From positions 597,337-661,336 of the forward strand of contig BDGG01000010.1 of the NCBI GenBank assembly GCA_001949185.1: DNA of 64,000 bases, given 5' to 3'. Position numbers and translations under genes: made by a program. Below the pieces are notes generated by a model. That model ran no database searches. It saw nothing but the letters and a program-made list of their open reading frames with translations, and was not told the origin of the DNA. This DNA is from Ramazzottius varieornatus. Its lineage: Eukaryota > Animalia > Tardigrada. Below are positions 23,831 to 36,025 of the stretch, in pieces (position 1 is the first letter of the stretch; every line of letters begins with the position of its first letter).

Positions 23831-26800
23831 ATGTCCATTTCTTTTGAAAGATCATTTGTTCATCTGGCCTTATGGATCTCAACCTCGTTTTCACTTTCGT
23901 CGGCACAGCGACCCACCGTACCGTCATCAAGTTCTTCGAAGGCTGGTCTCTTCGAAGACAGTCCCATTATATTCGGGGATACCTCCAGGAACACCAGTCA
24001 ACTTCTTCCCATGTTCCGGTTTCCTCGGGTTCCTGTACCTGAGTTCGAACAACGTATCATCGACCAAGCACTCAAAGCCGCCCAAAAGAGTCTTGTTCAC
24101 ACGCTTAACATTGAAGACCAACAGTTCAAATCTGCTAAACAATTGGGTAAGCCAACGATTGTCAGTCTCCGAAATTCGAAATTTGTACACGCAGGACGAG
24201 ATATTACGGTACAGTAAAAATTATGGGACAGGCGGAAACAACGGCAAGATGAAAATTCGACCGTAGAAAATTGTCGAAAAATGTATTACTGTGAATCGGT
24301 CGTGTACGTACGTGCTCCCGTACCGCCGTAGCGAAAAGGCCTGTACCATAATATTTACTGTACCATAATTTGTCGTCCTGCGTGTACTGTACGTCGTTTA
24401 CATCGCATTGTCCCACTCATGCGCTTATGGAAATGGAACTTGATGCTTTTTTTCTACGATTTTAGCGCAACCAAGAACTGCACAAGAGCTCATCAGTGTG
24501 GCATTCAAGCTTCAGCCCGATGCAAAGAAGATCTCCGCACTGGGCTATGTTCTCGAAGGCATGACGACCTTCCTGGCAAACAGGTACAAAGCCTCGGTAA
24601 ATAACACCATGTAACACAGTTTCCGTCGGTACATATCGCTAATTTCTGTGACGAAACAGAAAGCCATGACGGTTGGTACTGAAATCAATCAGCGGCCTGT
24701 CACAGCTACACTTTCTCGCGCATACTGGGTGACTTAGACCCGCCGGCCACGTTGACTAAATTCATTTTCATTCTTCTCAATATGGTTTCTGTGCATTTCA
24801 TTGCTCTCCTTCATCTATTTCCACTTTTGTTCTGTTGTGTAGATCTCAGCTGACGCGAGAACAGCTGCTGTTCGGCCTGCCATCCGTGCCGGTTGCCCAT
24901 CCGACCATTGTACGCCGTTGTCCGTACCGCTTCAACCGTGACGAGGTGCTGGGTCTACCGTCGACCGCCTGCGAGAATGTGGCGCCCTTTCGGAATATTA
25001 CGGGGTTGTGTAATAACGCACAGAATGCCTTCTGGGGTGCCACGTACTCACCCTTCACCAGGTTCTTGCCGCATCATTACGCGGATGCAGTTAAGGAGAT
25101 TAGGAAAAGTGCCGCCAATACATCATTACCGAACCCGCGCTACGTCAGCTCGTCCATCCACTGGCAGCTGCCGGGCACGCATAGCCATGTCACGCAAATG
25201 TTGACTACCTGGGCACAGTTTATCGACCAGGATCTGTCCTTCATCGGAAGCTACTTCGGTATAATTCCCAAAGCGAACCGTAGAAAAAAGACAACTGTGA
25301 TAACTGGAGTGCCTTCAAAACTAGATTATCAGATGTCAAACGTCCGAATTTCAAGGACGGGTTTTCATTCTCCCCACAGGAACGGTCAACCAGAACACTC
25401 CAACACCGGACATGATGCCGGTCAATTGCTGCAGCGTGGCCCTCGCTGATCGCCATCCCGAGTGTCTTGCCATCGAAGTGGACAATGCTGATATCTTCAC
25501 CGGTATCGCCGACTTGGGTTGTATGGACTACGTCCGATCCGCCATCGTGCCCAAGATGGGCTGCGCACTAGGTCCCCGTGATCAAGTCAACCAAGCCACT
25601 CACTTCCTGGACGGCTCGACTATCTACGGTTCAACTGACCAAGACGTCAGTCGTTTGCGCGAGTTTGACGGTGGTAAGTTCGAATCCGGAAGTTTTTTTA
25701 AATTATTTGAGACGTCGGTAATTATTATACAGTCACGGTCATATTTCATCGTCAGCCGTGGTTTCATGTACTTGCTTGTATCTTCTGATCCCGTCGTCCG
25801 ATTTTCATAGTTCAAACGTTACCGTCCAGATCACACCTTGTACTTTATGATAACGTGACGGGCGGGTCGCTTGCTCAATCAATCGACTGGTGGGAAACGG
25901 TGGTTCTGACAAGGAAATAAGGGCTAACTCTGGCTGCCGCTCTCCCGTCACGTGACAGGCTCATGGCAAAACCTAAATGGCCAAAATGTGGCACAAACAT
26001 CACTCTACTAACCGCACCAAAAGGGATCTTTGATTAAATCTTCCTGCGAAATTTTCCCACATGGGTTCTACACCTGACTTTTGCGGACTTCTCAACCGGA
26101 TTTCTTCCTCTCCTCAGTCATCTATGGACCCTGTGCCACAAAACTATTCTAGAGAAAAAATTCTGCGCTATTTGCTAGTACTTACTTTACTGAAATCGAA
26201 TGAAAACGTCGGACGATATTCAAAGTGAAATTCTCTTGTCCATAAAAGATGTCGCAAAATAAGGTGTACATTCCAAATGGGAAAATTTTGTCGAAGAGCT
26301 CTTTTGGTGCGGCTAGTAGAGTGATGTTTGTGCCAAATTTTTTGCCATGAGCCTGTCACGTGACGGGAGAGCGGCAGCCAGAGTTAGCCCTTATTTCCTT
26401 GTCCGAACCACCGTTTCCCACCAGTTGATTGATTGAGCAAGCGACCCGTCCGTCACGTTATCATAAAGTACAAGGTGTGATCTGGACGGTAACGTTTGAA
26501 TTATGAAAATCGGACGACGGGATCAGAAGATACAAGCAAGTACATGAAAACCACGGCTGGCGATGAAATATGACCGTGACAGTATATCAATTGAACATGA
26601 TCGTTTCCCGAAGTGGCGCACACTTCCAGCAAATAGCAGTAGAAACGTGCGCGACATGTGACTGTGCACACTTCCTGCTTTTGGCAGGAAGTGTGCGCCA
26701 CTTGCGACAACAATCATCTTCATTTGCTAACCTCCCATGCATAAACTAGTGTTGTTTTCAGGGAGACTTTGGACAACGGAGTTTGAGAACGGCAAGAGTC

Positions 26801-29800
26801 TCCTTCCCGAACAAACCAACAGTTCCGACTGTCGACCGGCACAGGATAAGTCCATCAACTGCTTCGACTCGGGGAGCGTCAGGGTCAACGAGAACCTACC
26901 CATGGCGGTGATTTACACCTTGTAAGTGGTCGTAAACTTCATGTGATGGGTGATTGATGATACATTAAACCAGACAATGTCGGCCAGATTTGCCCGGGAG
27001 CACAATCGTCTAGCGCAGCAGTTGGCCAGCTTAAACCGCCACTGGGACGACGAACAGCTGTACCAGAATGCAAGGAAAATCGTGATTGCGGAAATCCAGC
27101 ACATCACATTCAATGAGTTCCTACCGCTGGTGTTGGGACGAGAACAGGTGGAGAGGTACAACGTCCAGCTGGTCGACCACGGCTTCTATCGAGGTAAATG
27201 ACCACACGACGATCTGGTTTGAAGATTGTGTCATGTAAAAAGCAGTACGAGGTACAGACGCAGACTTGTAGGATCCAGACATCGTCATGTAACTTAGTTC
27301 GGGAAGTGTTAGACGCGTGACGATCGTTATCCTTCTTTTCACTACAGTCTTGTTCTGTAGGATATTCCATCGACAGCAATCCTGGAATCACCAACGAGTT
27401 CGCGACGGCATCTTTCAAGTTCTGGCATACTTTGATGGACAACCGGACAGAGTTTATCGATCGTCGAGGGAGAGCCAGCTTCAAGCCGCTGAACACCCAG
27501 TGGTACCAACCCTACGACGTAATGTCGGACCGTCTTTTCAGCATGCTCTGCAGATGCTAATATTGTTTCTGTTTCACAGTTGTACTTCGCCGGAGTGTTC
27601 GATGGGACGATACAGGGCTTGTCCGTTCAGCCTGCTCGTCCCGGTGACCAGTCCATCACATCAGCCCTGACCGCAGAGTGGCTGCAAGTGGTCAACTCTA
27701 CGGGTCGCGGACTGGATCTGGCCGCCATCACAATTCAGCAAGGTCGCGACCACGGTCTTCGAAGCTACAATACATGGCGAGAGGCATGCGGTCTACTCAA
27801 AGCAAAGAACTTTGACGATCTGCGGGATACCATTAGCACAGCCAACATTGACATCCTGAAAGCTGTCTACGGGTTCGTCAAGACTTGAGAAGACCATGCC
27901 AAGCATTTCCACCATGTGCTTAATCAGCTTAATTAATTTCCCAGGTCGGTGGACGATATCGACCTGTACACCGGCGGCCTCAGCGAAGTGCACACCAGTG
28001 GCGCTGTCGTCGGACCAGTCTTCCGCTGCATAATCGCAAAGCAGTTCCATAACATCCGAAGAAGTGATCGCTACTGGTACGAGAACGATATGCCGGAAAC
28101 GGGGTTTACTAAAGGTAACCACAAACAAATCTGGGCCGTGTGACCTAAGCCGTCTATGAATAACAGAAAAGACTACCTGTATTCGTTGCAGAACAGCTGA
28201 ATGAAATTAGAGGAACCACCTTGGCCAGGATAGTTTGCCAGAACTCTGATGCCATCTTGACGCTACATCCTCAAGTTATGTTGCAACCTGATGAATTACT
28301 GTACGTACAATTTTACCAGAATGGTGGCGTGACAAAAGCATCCATCAGACCAAATTCTGCTTTTCAGGAATGCACCAGTCTCGTGTCAGTCCGACGCGAT
28401 GCCCCCGATCAACCTTCGCTACTGGCAAGACAGTACGTGACACATAATCCACGGCAGCATCCATCAAAAAAATGTAGAAGTACCGATTTCACAGATGGTC
28501 CAATAGAAATTAGCTTTTCGAAAGAAGAACTGACCAATATCGTGGAGAAAGCTCGAAAACAGATGCAGGCAGCTGTCGCCGAGGACATCTCCCGAGCCGG
28601 ACGTCAAGCCGCCGCCGGGCTGGGCAGAGCGCGTATTCCATTCAACATTCCGACACCTTCCGTTCGGCAAATGTCGATCGAGGCCTCCGTTTTCATGCAA
28701 AGTACCAAGGAACTGGCTAAGCGAGAGATTTCAAACAGGTATTGTACAGATCCACGGGTAACTCGATTGATGGAATGACATCAAGACTTGAGTGGCTTCT
28801 ATCAGCAGAACCATAGTCAACATGACGACTACATTGGCGAAGATCAGACGGTTCAACGGACTGATCAAAGCCAAACTGGAAGGACCAATTGAAGGTGCCA
28901 ACTGTACAGAACGTTTGGCTCCGTGTGACCACAGTACCAAGTACCGAACAGCATCTGGCTGGTGCAATAACCTGAAGAACCCAGACTGGGGCTCTTCGGA
29001 GCGCATCTACGGTCGACTGCTCGATCCAGCCTACTTCGATCTGCTTGACGAGCCCCGCAATACAAGTGTGACGGGATCGCTACTACCTTCGGCTAGACAG
29101 GTCCAGATTGGTGTGGTGGTCGATACCAACAAGCTCCACCCTCGATATACGGTACTTCGTCTACTCCGTTCTGACTATGGTCCGTGGTGTGAAATACGGA
29201 AAGTTGTCTTTTGCAGCACCTGTTGATGACATTCGGACAATTTCTGGACCATGACGTGACACTGACGCCGATCGCCACAGCAGCCAACGGATTCAACTTC
29301 AACTGCAAGTCCTGCGATGCGGAAACTGAGAGTAGTCCGAATTGCCGACCGATCAGGATACCCGACACGGATACCGACATGTCGCCCTTTGTGAATGGCA
29401 CCACCGAACGACGCTGTCTGGCCTTTATCCGATCGGCGTCCGGAAGAAGAGCCTTCGGAGCCAGAGAGCAGATCAACCAGAATACTGCTTACATCGACGG
29501 CAGTAACATCTACGGTAGCAACCTTTGCAGAACCCAAAGGCTTCGCTCTTTTCAAAATGGTATGTGCATGCATTGCTTCGATCTGTTGTCCTCCATTGTT
29601 ATCCATTTTTGCTGCTCCTGACCACTATTGATCTGCGATCCGCTTTCTTCCAGGTCGAATGAATACCACCAGGAACCCCAAAAAAGGCTACAGAGAACTG
29701 TTACCTCAAACCACTGTGAAAGACGACGTCGAATTCCTGGAATGTAAGAATCAAGTCGCCGGTAACGCTTGCTTCCTTTCCGGTGATACTCGAGAGAACG

Positions 29801-31395
29801 AAAATCCCGCCTTGACCGTTCAGCATACAATCTGGGTAAATCTAATGCACCTCCTACAGAAGCCTGGCTCACCAACGTACTGTTGCAAGATCCGGGTCTT
29901 CCATTCCGATTGCCAAGAACGCTGAGCTAGATACTGCTGTGTTACAGATGCGCTACCACAACAGTATTGCGGGTGAACTGCAAGCGATCAATCCGCACTG
30001 GGATGATGAGCGGCTTTTCCAAGAAACCCGCAGGATTATCGTAGCAGTCTTCCAGCACGTCGTCTATTCCGAGTACCTTCCTCGCGTACTCGGCCAAGCT
30101 GTCGCGGACCGCGCCAACCTTCGCCCAAAGAAGACCGGGTACTACACCGACTACGACGAGACCTGCGACGCCACCATCGCCAACGAGTTCGCCGCTGCCG
30201 CCTTCCGTTTCGGCCACACACTGGTTCGCGGGGAGTTCGGTCGGTATAATAACGATCTGACACCCGCCTACACACCCGTCATGCATCTGTACGAGAACTT
30301 TGCTCGCAGTGATGTCTTGTACGAGGAAGAAGGCCTGGACCAATTGCTGATCGGGCTAACGTTGGAGCCCATGCAGGAGGCGGATGCCGTCTTCACCAAA
30401 GCATTGTCAGATTTCCTCTTCTTCGATCCAGGGAGGAAGGGTGGGAATTTTACGGGACAGGACCTGATAGCTATCAACATTATGAGAGGTCGCGATCACG
30501 GCATCCCTCCTTACAACGACCTGAGGGAGTACTGCAACCTGACGAGAGCAGGAACCTTTGCTGACCTAAAGTTTTACATGCCGGAGGACGTGGTGGATCG
30601 TATGATGAAGGTTTACCAAAGTGCGGAAGACCTGGATATTTATGTGTCGGGCGTTGCCGAATTCTCAGTCTACGGAGGAGTGGTAAGTCCACGCGGTGCA
30701 ACCAGATCGTTATTCCGAATGGCTGTTTTTTACCGCTGCTGAGTTTCAGGTGGGACCAACGTTTGCTTGCCTGATCGCCGAACAGTTCTACCGGTCCAGG
30801 AAGTGCGATAGATTCTGGTATGAAACTGGGGACCCAGCTATTCGATTCTCGGAAGGTAACATGCTTTGTCCGTCATCCTATAACAAAAGACCGGAAGTTG
30901 AGACTGCCGATTTTTCTCGAGTTGGGTCCTCGAAATATATTCACTCTGTTTGCAGATCAACTGGCCAGTATTCGGAAGCAAAAGCTAGCCAAGGTTCTAT
31001 GCGAGAATTCTGATACTATGGATAACGTTCAGCGGTCCGTTTTCGACATGCCGGACTCGTTCCTTAATCCATACGTGAAGTGTGGACAGCTTCCCGATCT
31101 TGATCTATCCTTATGGAAAGAATCGTCCAGCTGTAATGTGTCTGGAATAACGATACAGCTTGGTCGTTCAGCAAAGGTTTCTCCTTGCCTCAGCTGCACC
31201 TGCACGAAAGAAGGCCCATTCTGCCAGTCTGTAGTGATACGAAACTGCCGGAAGTTGATGGAACAGTTTCCCTTGTCCGACTTGATGAGTGACAGTATTT
31301 GCCGCGCACAGTGTTTGCCGATTTTCAGGATTGAAAAAAAGGATGTATCTTTGGGATCTTCTTTACTATTGGATCAGTTCGCTCCTTTTCTTTGA
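23831..31395 (+). CDS. Secreted animal heme peroxidase with two tandem peroxidase domains (double-peroxidase type) and a Cys-rich C-terminus
   Basis: Signal peptide. Domain 1: RNITGLCNN, WAQFIDQDL, QVNQATHFLDGS, RVNEN, FKFWHT, QQGRDHG. Domain 2: YRTASGWCNN, FGQFLDHDV, QINQNTAYIDGS, GDTRENEN, AAFRFGHT, MRGRDHG, DRFWYE. Tail: SPCLSCTCTKEGPFC. Confidence 0.95.
24188..24384. mobile_element. MITE (family C), ~197 bp, ~46-bp TIRs, flanked by TA; peroxidase intron 1
   Basis: Left end TA|cacgcaggacgagatattacggtacagtaaaaattatgggacaggc versus reverse complement of right end TA|cacgcaggacgacaaattatggtacagtaaatattatggtacaggc. Confidence 0.8.
25730..26582. mobile_element. Non-autonomous Tc1/mariner-like element with ~280-300 bp terminal inverted repeats, in a peroxidase intron
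   Basis: TA|cagtcacggtcatatttcatc.. (25730-~26025) is the near-perfect reverse complement of ~26300-26582 (..gaaatatgaccgtgacag|TA). No transposase ORF. Confidence 0.9.
26591..26706. repeat. Family A palindromic element, dimer, next to the long-TIR element
   Basis: ttgaacatgatcgtttcccgaagtggcgcac-N25-gtgcgcgac, followed by gtgcac-acttcctgcttttggcaggaagt-gtgcgccacttg. Confidence 0.75.
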
Positions 31396-32398
31396 TGATC
31401 TGATGTTTTTCTTTTGTGTGAGACAGAAGGATCGTTTCGACGCACGGTAAATTTGTACTTTGGGTTCTCCCCATTTCGACCGTCGAAACATAAAAGAGAA
31501 GGCCACCATAAAATATGGTGGTCCGGCGCCATTTTGACGAAGGTGCCACGTCGGCATCTAGTTGAGGACAGGACAAATCTATTGAGAGCTTGCCAAGTCC
31601 ATCTGACTTCACGGGTCCAAAACGCGGGATGTCCAGGATGAGATCATGCCTCGCTAGGCGACCTTACAGACGCCTCGGCTGGTTGTGTTCCACAACGGCC
31701 CGACACAAATGATTGTTACTGGAGGCGACAGCATGCCATATGGGCTTGCCGTCCCGGAGCGTGAAGGGCTTAACCCTTGGTTTCATGACTCCCATTGGTC
31801 AGCACGTTTGCCCCTGATGGCCCACCCTCCGACTTCGCATGGGACGAGACGTGAAGTTTTCTTCTGAATTTTTGGTCTGGCTTCATTTGTGTACTGGCAA
31901 TCTGGCGTCTTCTCATACACGTACTATCCCTCTAAATTGGTATTCCTGCCGGAAATTCCTCTACGTTCTTCAAGAAAGAAAGGATCATCAAGATGTCCGC
32001 CGAGGCTGGGAACGTAGTAAGTCTGGCTTCTGTACAGTAGGCTGTACGGTGTGCAATGTGTTCAGTTCGTTGCAGACGGGTGACTTAATTCTTCTTTGGT
32101 TTACAGATGAAAGTGACCGACGAACAGTTTCGTCAAGCTTTCGTGCTGGTTAGTGGCGACTATTCGAAGCGTCTCGCGGAAAGAGAAGCTGTTATCTGTT
32201 ACGGTGCTCACTGCCCAAATATCTTCCAGATAGTTGCCAAGGCTAACGTATCAGTCCGTCAGCGTTTGAGATCGACGAACCGCGACCTCCCTGTGCGAAG
32301 TCCTCGCTGACTTCACTTCCATCCACCTGTCGTAAATTAGACCGAATCATATCGCTTCCTTATTTTCGTATTGATATTCCAGCTTAGTGGACAACGTC

Positions 32399-35300
32399 AT
32401 GCCTCACCTGCGAATCAAACCGTTTCCGGTAAGCAACGAACTCGTTTCACCCACCGCAGGAGTTGAGGTCTAGTTTCCGCCTCACAGACCAAAATAATAA
32501 TAGTTTTGCTACAGGCTCCGGTCAGTGATCAGTATCCGAACGAAACCTGGCAGATTCTACGGACTGCTGTCGAGGATATTTTGCAGAGAAAGATGACCAC
32601 CATCTCGTTCGAGCAACTATACCAGCACGCTTACAGCATGTTCCTTCACAAACACGGAAGCATGCTCCACGATAGTCTGCGCGAAGTGATCGCGCAGCAT
32701 TTAGAAACACGGGTGAGTCTTTCTAGCATCTCCCATACAAATTTCCTGATCATTGTCCACGGTTTTGGTGTTTGATATGCGATAAGTAGAAATTGTGCTC
32801 CAGGTTCGGACGGATATACTAAAGTCATTAGAGACGCATTTCCTTCAAGGCCTGAAGCAAGTGTGGGACGACTTCTCGGCTTCCATGTCCGTCATCAAGG
32901 ATGTTTTCATGTACATGGTTCGTTCTCGATTATCACATTTCTCATCGAATGGATCGCTTAACGGTTTATTTGGTTGTGCAGGATCGGAAGGTCGAGAGTA
33001 TGGACGGCGACCATCCTTCCGTCTACAGTATAGGCCTGAACCTTTTCCGCGATAATGTCCTGCACTACGGCCAAGTCCGTGCCAAGCTCCAGCAGACGCT
33101 GATCGAAATGATCTCTGCCGAAAGACGAGGTGAAACCATCGATCAACCTACCATCAAGTCCGTCTGCACCATGTTGATGGAACTGGGCGCGGGTGCGCGG
33201 AATGTGTATGAGGAAGACTTCGAAGCGGCGTTCTTGGCGGACTCTGTCAACTATTGCCGGGTAACTTATCCAGGCAAATTGGTAGCCGCTACTTGTCGTG
33301 GAGGAATATGTGGCTAACGGTTTTCTTAGGCAGAAGCCCAAAGATATCTGGACTCGGACAACGCTGGGAATTACATCCGTAACGTCGAGAAATTGGTGCT
33401 TGCCGAAACCGACAGAATAAACCAATACCTCGACAAGTCCACCAAGGCCAATGTCGACAAGATCATTGACGAGGAACTAATCCAGAAAAATATGGAAAAA
33501 GTTGTCAATATGCCCAATGGCGGAGTTGTGTCCCTGGTTCAAACACGGAACTTCAGCGGTAAGATATAACATCGCCAACTTAAAATTACCGTTCTTCCAA
33601 GACAATTACCGTCACGTCCCCAATGGTGTTTTCTACGCTTTTTCTTCTAATCTTAAGCACAAGAATTTCATCCTTATGAGAAGCTGCGTAAATATCTTAG
33701 ATCTGTCGAAGATCTGAGACTGGGCTTTTGTTCATGTGATTTGCAGAAATGCTGTCCATGTTGAAGCTATTGAACAGGGTCCCCGAAGGTGTCACCACCA
33801 TGCTGGCTCCCATCAGTGCCAACTTGAAGCAACAAGGGGCCGCTCTGATGTCGGAAGCCTGCCCCGTCACGAAGAACCCTGTTCAGCTGATTCAAGCCGT
33901 GCTGGACCTCAAGAAAGAGTACGACACGTTTCTGGAGAAATCCTTCAAGAAGGACCAACGCTTCCGCAAGATGATCGCCGCGGACTTTGAGTACTTCTTT
34001 AACATGAACAAACGTGCACCGGAGTTGCTGTCACATTACATCGACGAACAACTCAAGAACGGCAGCAAAAACGTAATGAGAAATAAAGTCAAGTTCTTTC
34101 AGTTCTCTAATTCCCTCTAGTCAGTAGGTGACGGAGCAGCAGATGAACACGACGCTAGAACAAGCCATGAAACTCTTCCGATATCTGCACGAGAAGGACG
34201 TCTTCGAGCGCTTCTACAAGCACCATCTAGCTCGACGGCTTCTAACTGCGCGGACCACGTCCGACGAGTCGGAGAAGGCCATGCTGTCAAAGCTTCGCCA
34301 TGAGTGTGGATACAGCTACACGTCCAAGCTGGAAGGAATGTACCGAGATGTTATCGTGTCCTCGACCTTTAACGACAAATTCAAGGATCATTGTTTGCAA
34401 GCTGAGGTAAGAAACGACGTGGAATGCGTTAAGAAAGGTACCTGCCTCGCAGCGATTTCAGCGACTATGGTGTCAGGTTGTTGACGAGTGTGTGACGTAA
34501 TATTCTAGCCTGGTTTTTTTGCCACGCTAGATTATACTTTCTCTTGATCCCCACTCCCCGGTTTGACTGTCTGGCGTTTTGCAGAATCCTCCGATCTCCA
34601 TCGACCTCACAGTCCAAGTACTGACCACTGGATTCTGGCCTATGCCACCGGCAGGCAACAGTATTCTCATTCCCGAAAGCTGTTTGAAAGCTTTCGCCGA
34701 ATTCGGACGGTGCGTAGCACTATAACCTGCTTTCTGCACCTGTCGTAACCAAGTTGAAGACGTACCAACAAGTTCTGACTCGCTTGCAGGTTGTACCTTG
34801 ATACGTACAATGGACGACAGCTCAACCTGCAAAGTAACCTAGGGACAGCTGAAATCAGCGCCGAGTTCTACGGACCACCTGCCAGCAGTGATCGCGCCTC
34901 CTCAGCTGGTGGATCGCCGACGACAGCGGTGACCAGCAGCGCTGTCAGGAAGCACACTCTATGCGTAACCACCCACCAAATGTGCGTCCTGATGCTCTTC
35001 AATCAGCAAGCCGAATGGTCCTACCAAGACATTCTGGCAGCTACTGGCATTCCTGACAAGGACTGCAAAAGAACGCTATCTACGTTGTCGACCGGCAAGA
35101 TGCGGATATTAATGAAGCTAGGCACCGGCAAATTCACAGGTAGTGTCCGATGTACCCAACCAGTTAAAGTGAGCCATGCTGAGTACCTCTTGTGCGTAGA
35201 GAGCGCGACACGGTTCAGCGTCAACGACAGCTTTTACAGTCAACTCCATCGGGTAAAAGTCAACGCTGGTAAGGCGATATGGATATGGAAAGCCTGTTGG

Positions 35301-35696
35301 CCAGCAGTCAAGTTTTCGGATGTTGATTGGGGCTTTGTTGTAGGGACGAAGATGGACTTCAAGGAGGAAGTACAAGATGAAGAAATGAAAGATGCAGCTC
35401 GAGATCAGAAGGTCGATGCTGATCGAAGGCATGAGGTTGACGCAGCCATCATCCGAATTCTGAAGGGTCGTCAGCAGATGGACCACAATGAACTATTGGC
35501 CGAAATAGTCAGTCAACTCCGTCACCGCTTCACGCCACCTCCCGACATCATCAAGAAATGCATCGACGGCCTGATTGCCAAGGACTACATTCAGCGAGCC
35601 GAAGAAAACAAGTGAGCGCCCATTCTGTTTCCTTCGTTCGCCAGTACTGGTAACGAGGTTGTTCTTTTCAGGTCCGTCTACCGATACGTGGCATAG
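32399..35696 (+). CDS. CUL3: Cullin-3-like protein (divergent), multi-exon
   Basis: [10 protein letters not shown]; [18 protein letters not shown]; [10 protein letters not shown]; GLNLFRD; ERRGE; PELLSHYID; [23 protein letters not shown]; SKLEGMYRD; VLTTGFWP; [13 protein letters not shown] (neddylation Lys kept); YRYVA*. Confidence 0.9.
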
Positions 35697-36025
35697 TCAA
35701 CGGTACACATCTGTTCCAATATATGTTTTCTTTGAGTTTCTTTCGACGCACACGTTACACATGGAAAATGTATGGTGATGTGAGATCACCGTGCGACAAA
35801 GCCACAAACCTCTTTTCCGGAATAACCACTTTGTCAACCACAGGAAAGGAGAGAGAAAATGCCATAAAACAAGTAATCGACAATAACAAAAGAGTCAAAT
35901 AATGTCTCTTTTTTCTGCTAGAAAAACTTGAGAATCATTTTCTACCGGGATACCTCGCAATAAAATTCATTGCGAGGGAAAACGTCTGGTCCACTTTTAT
36001 AAATTAATCCTGAGAAATTCTCACT

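Noticed and set aside
29942-30701. Long antisense ORFs over the peroxidase, and similar ones over BRE1, RIMBP and QSOX
   Set aside because: Expected shadows of GC3-rich coding exons.
31501-31536. Small hairpin plus CGCCATTTT (YY1-like) motif upstream of CUL3
   Set aside because: A single short motif that could occur by chance; the TSS is unknown.
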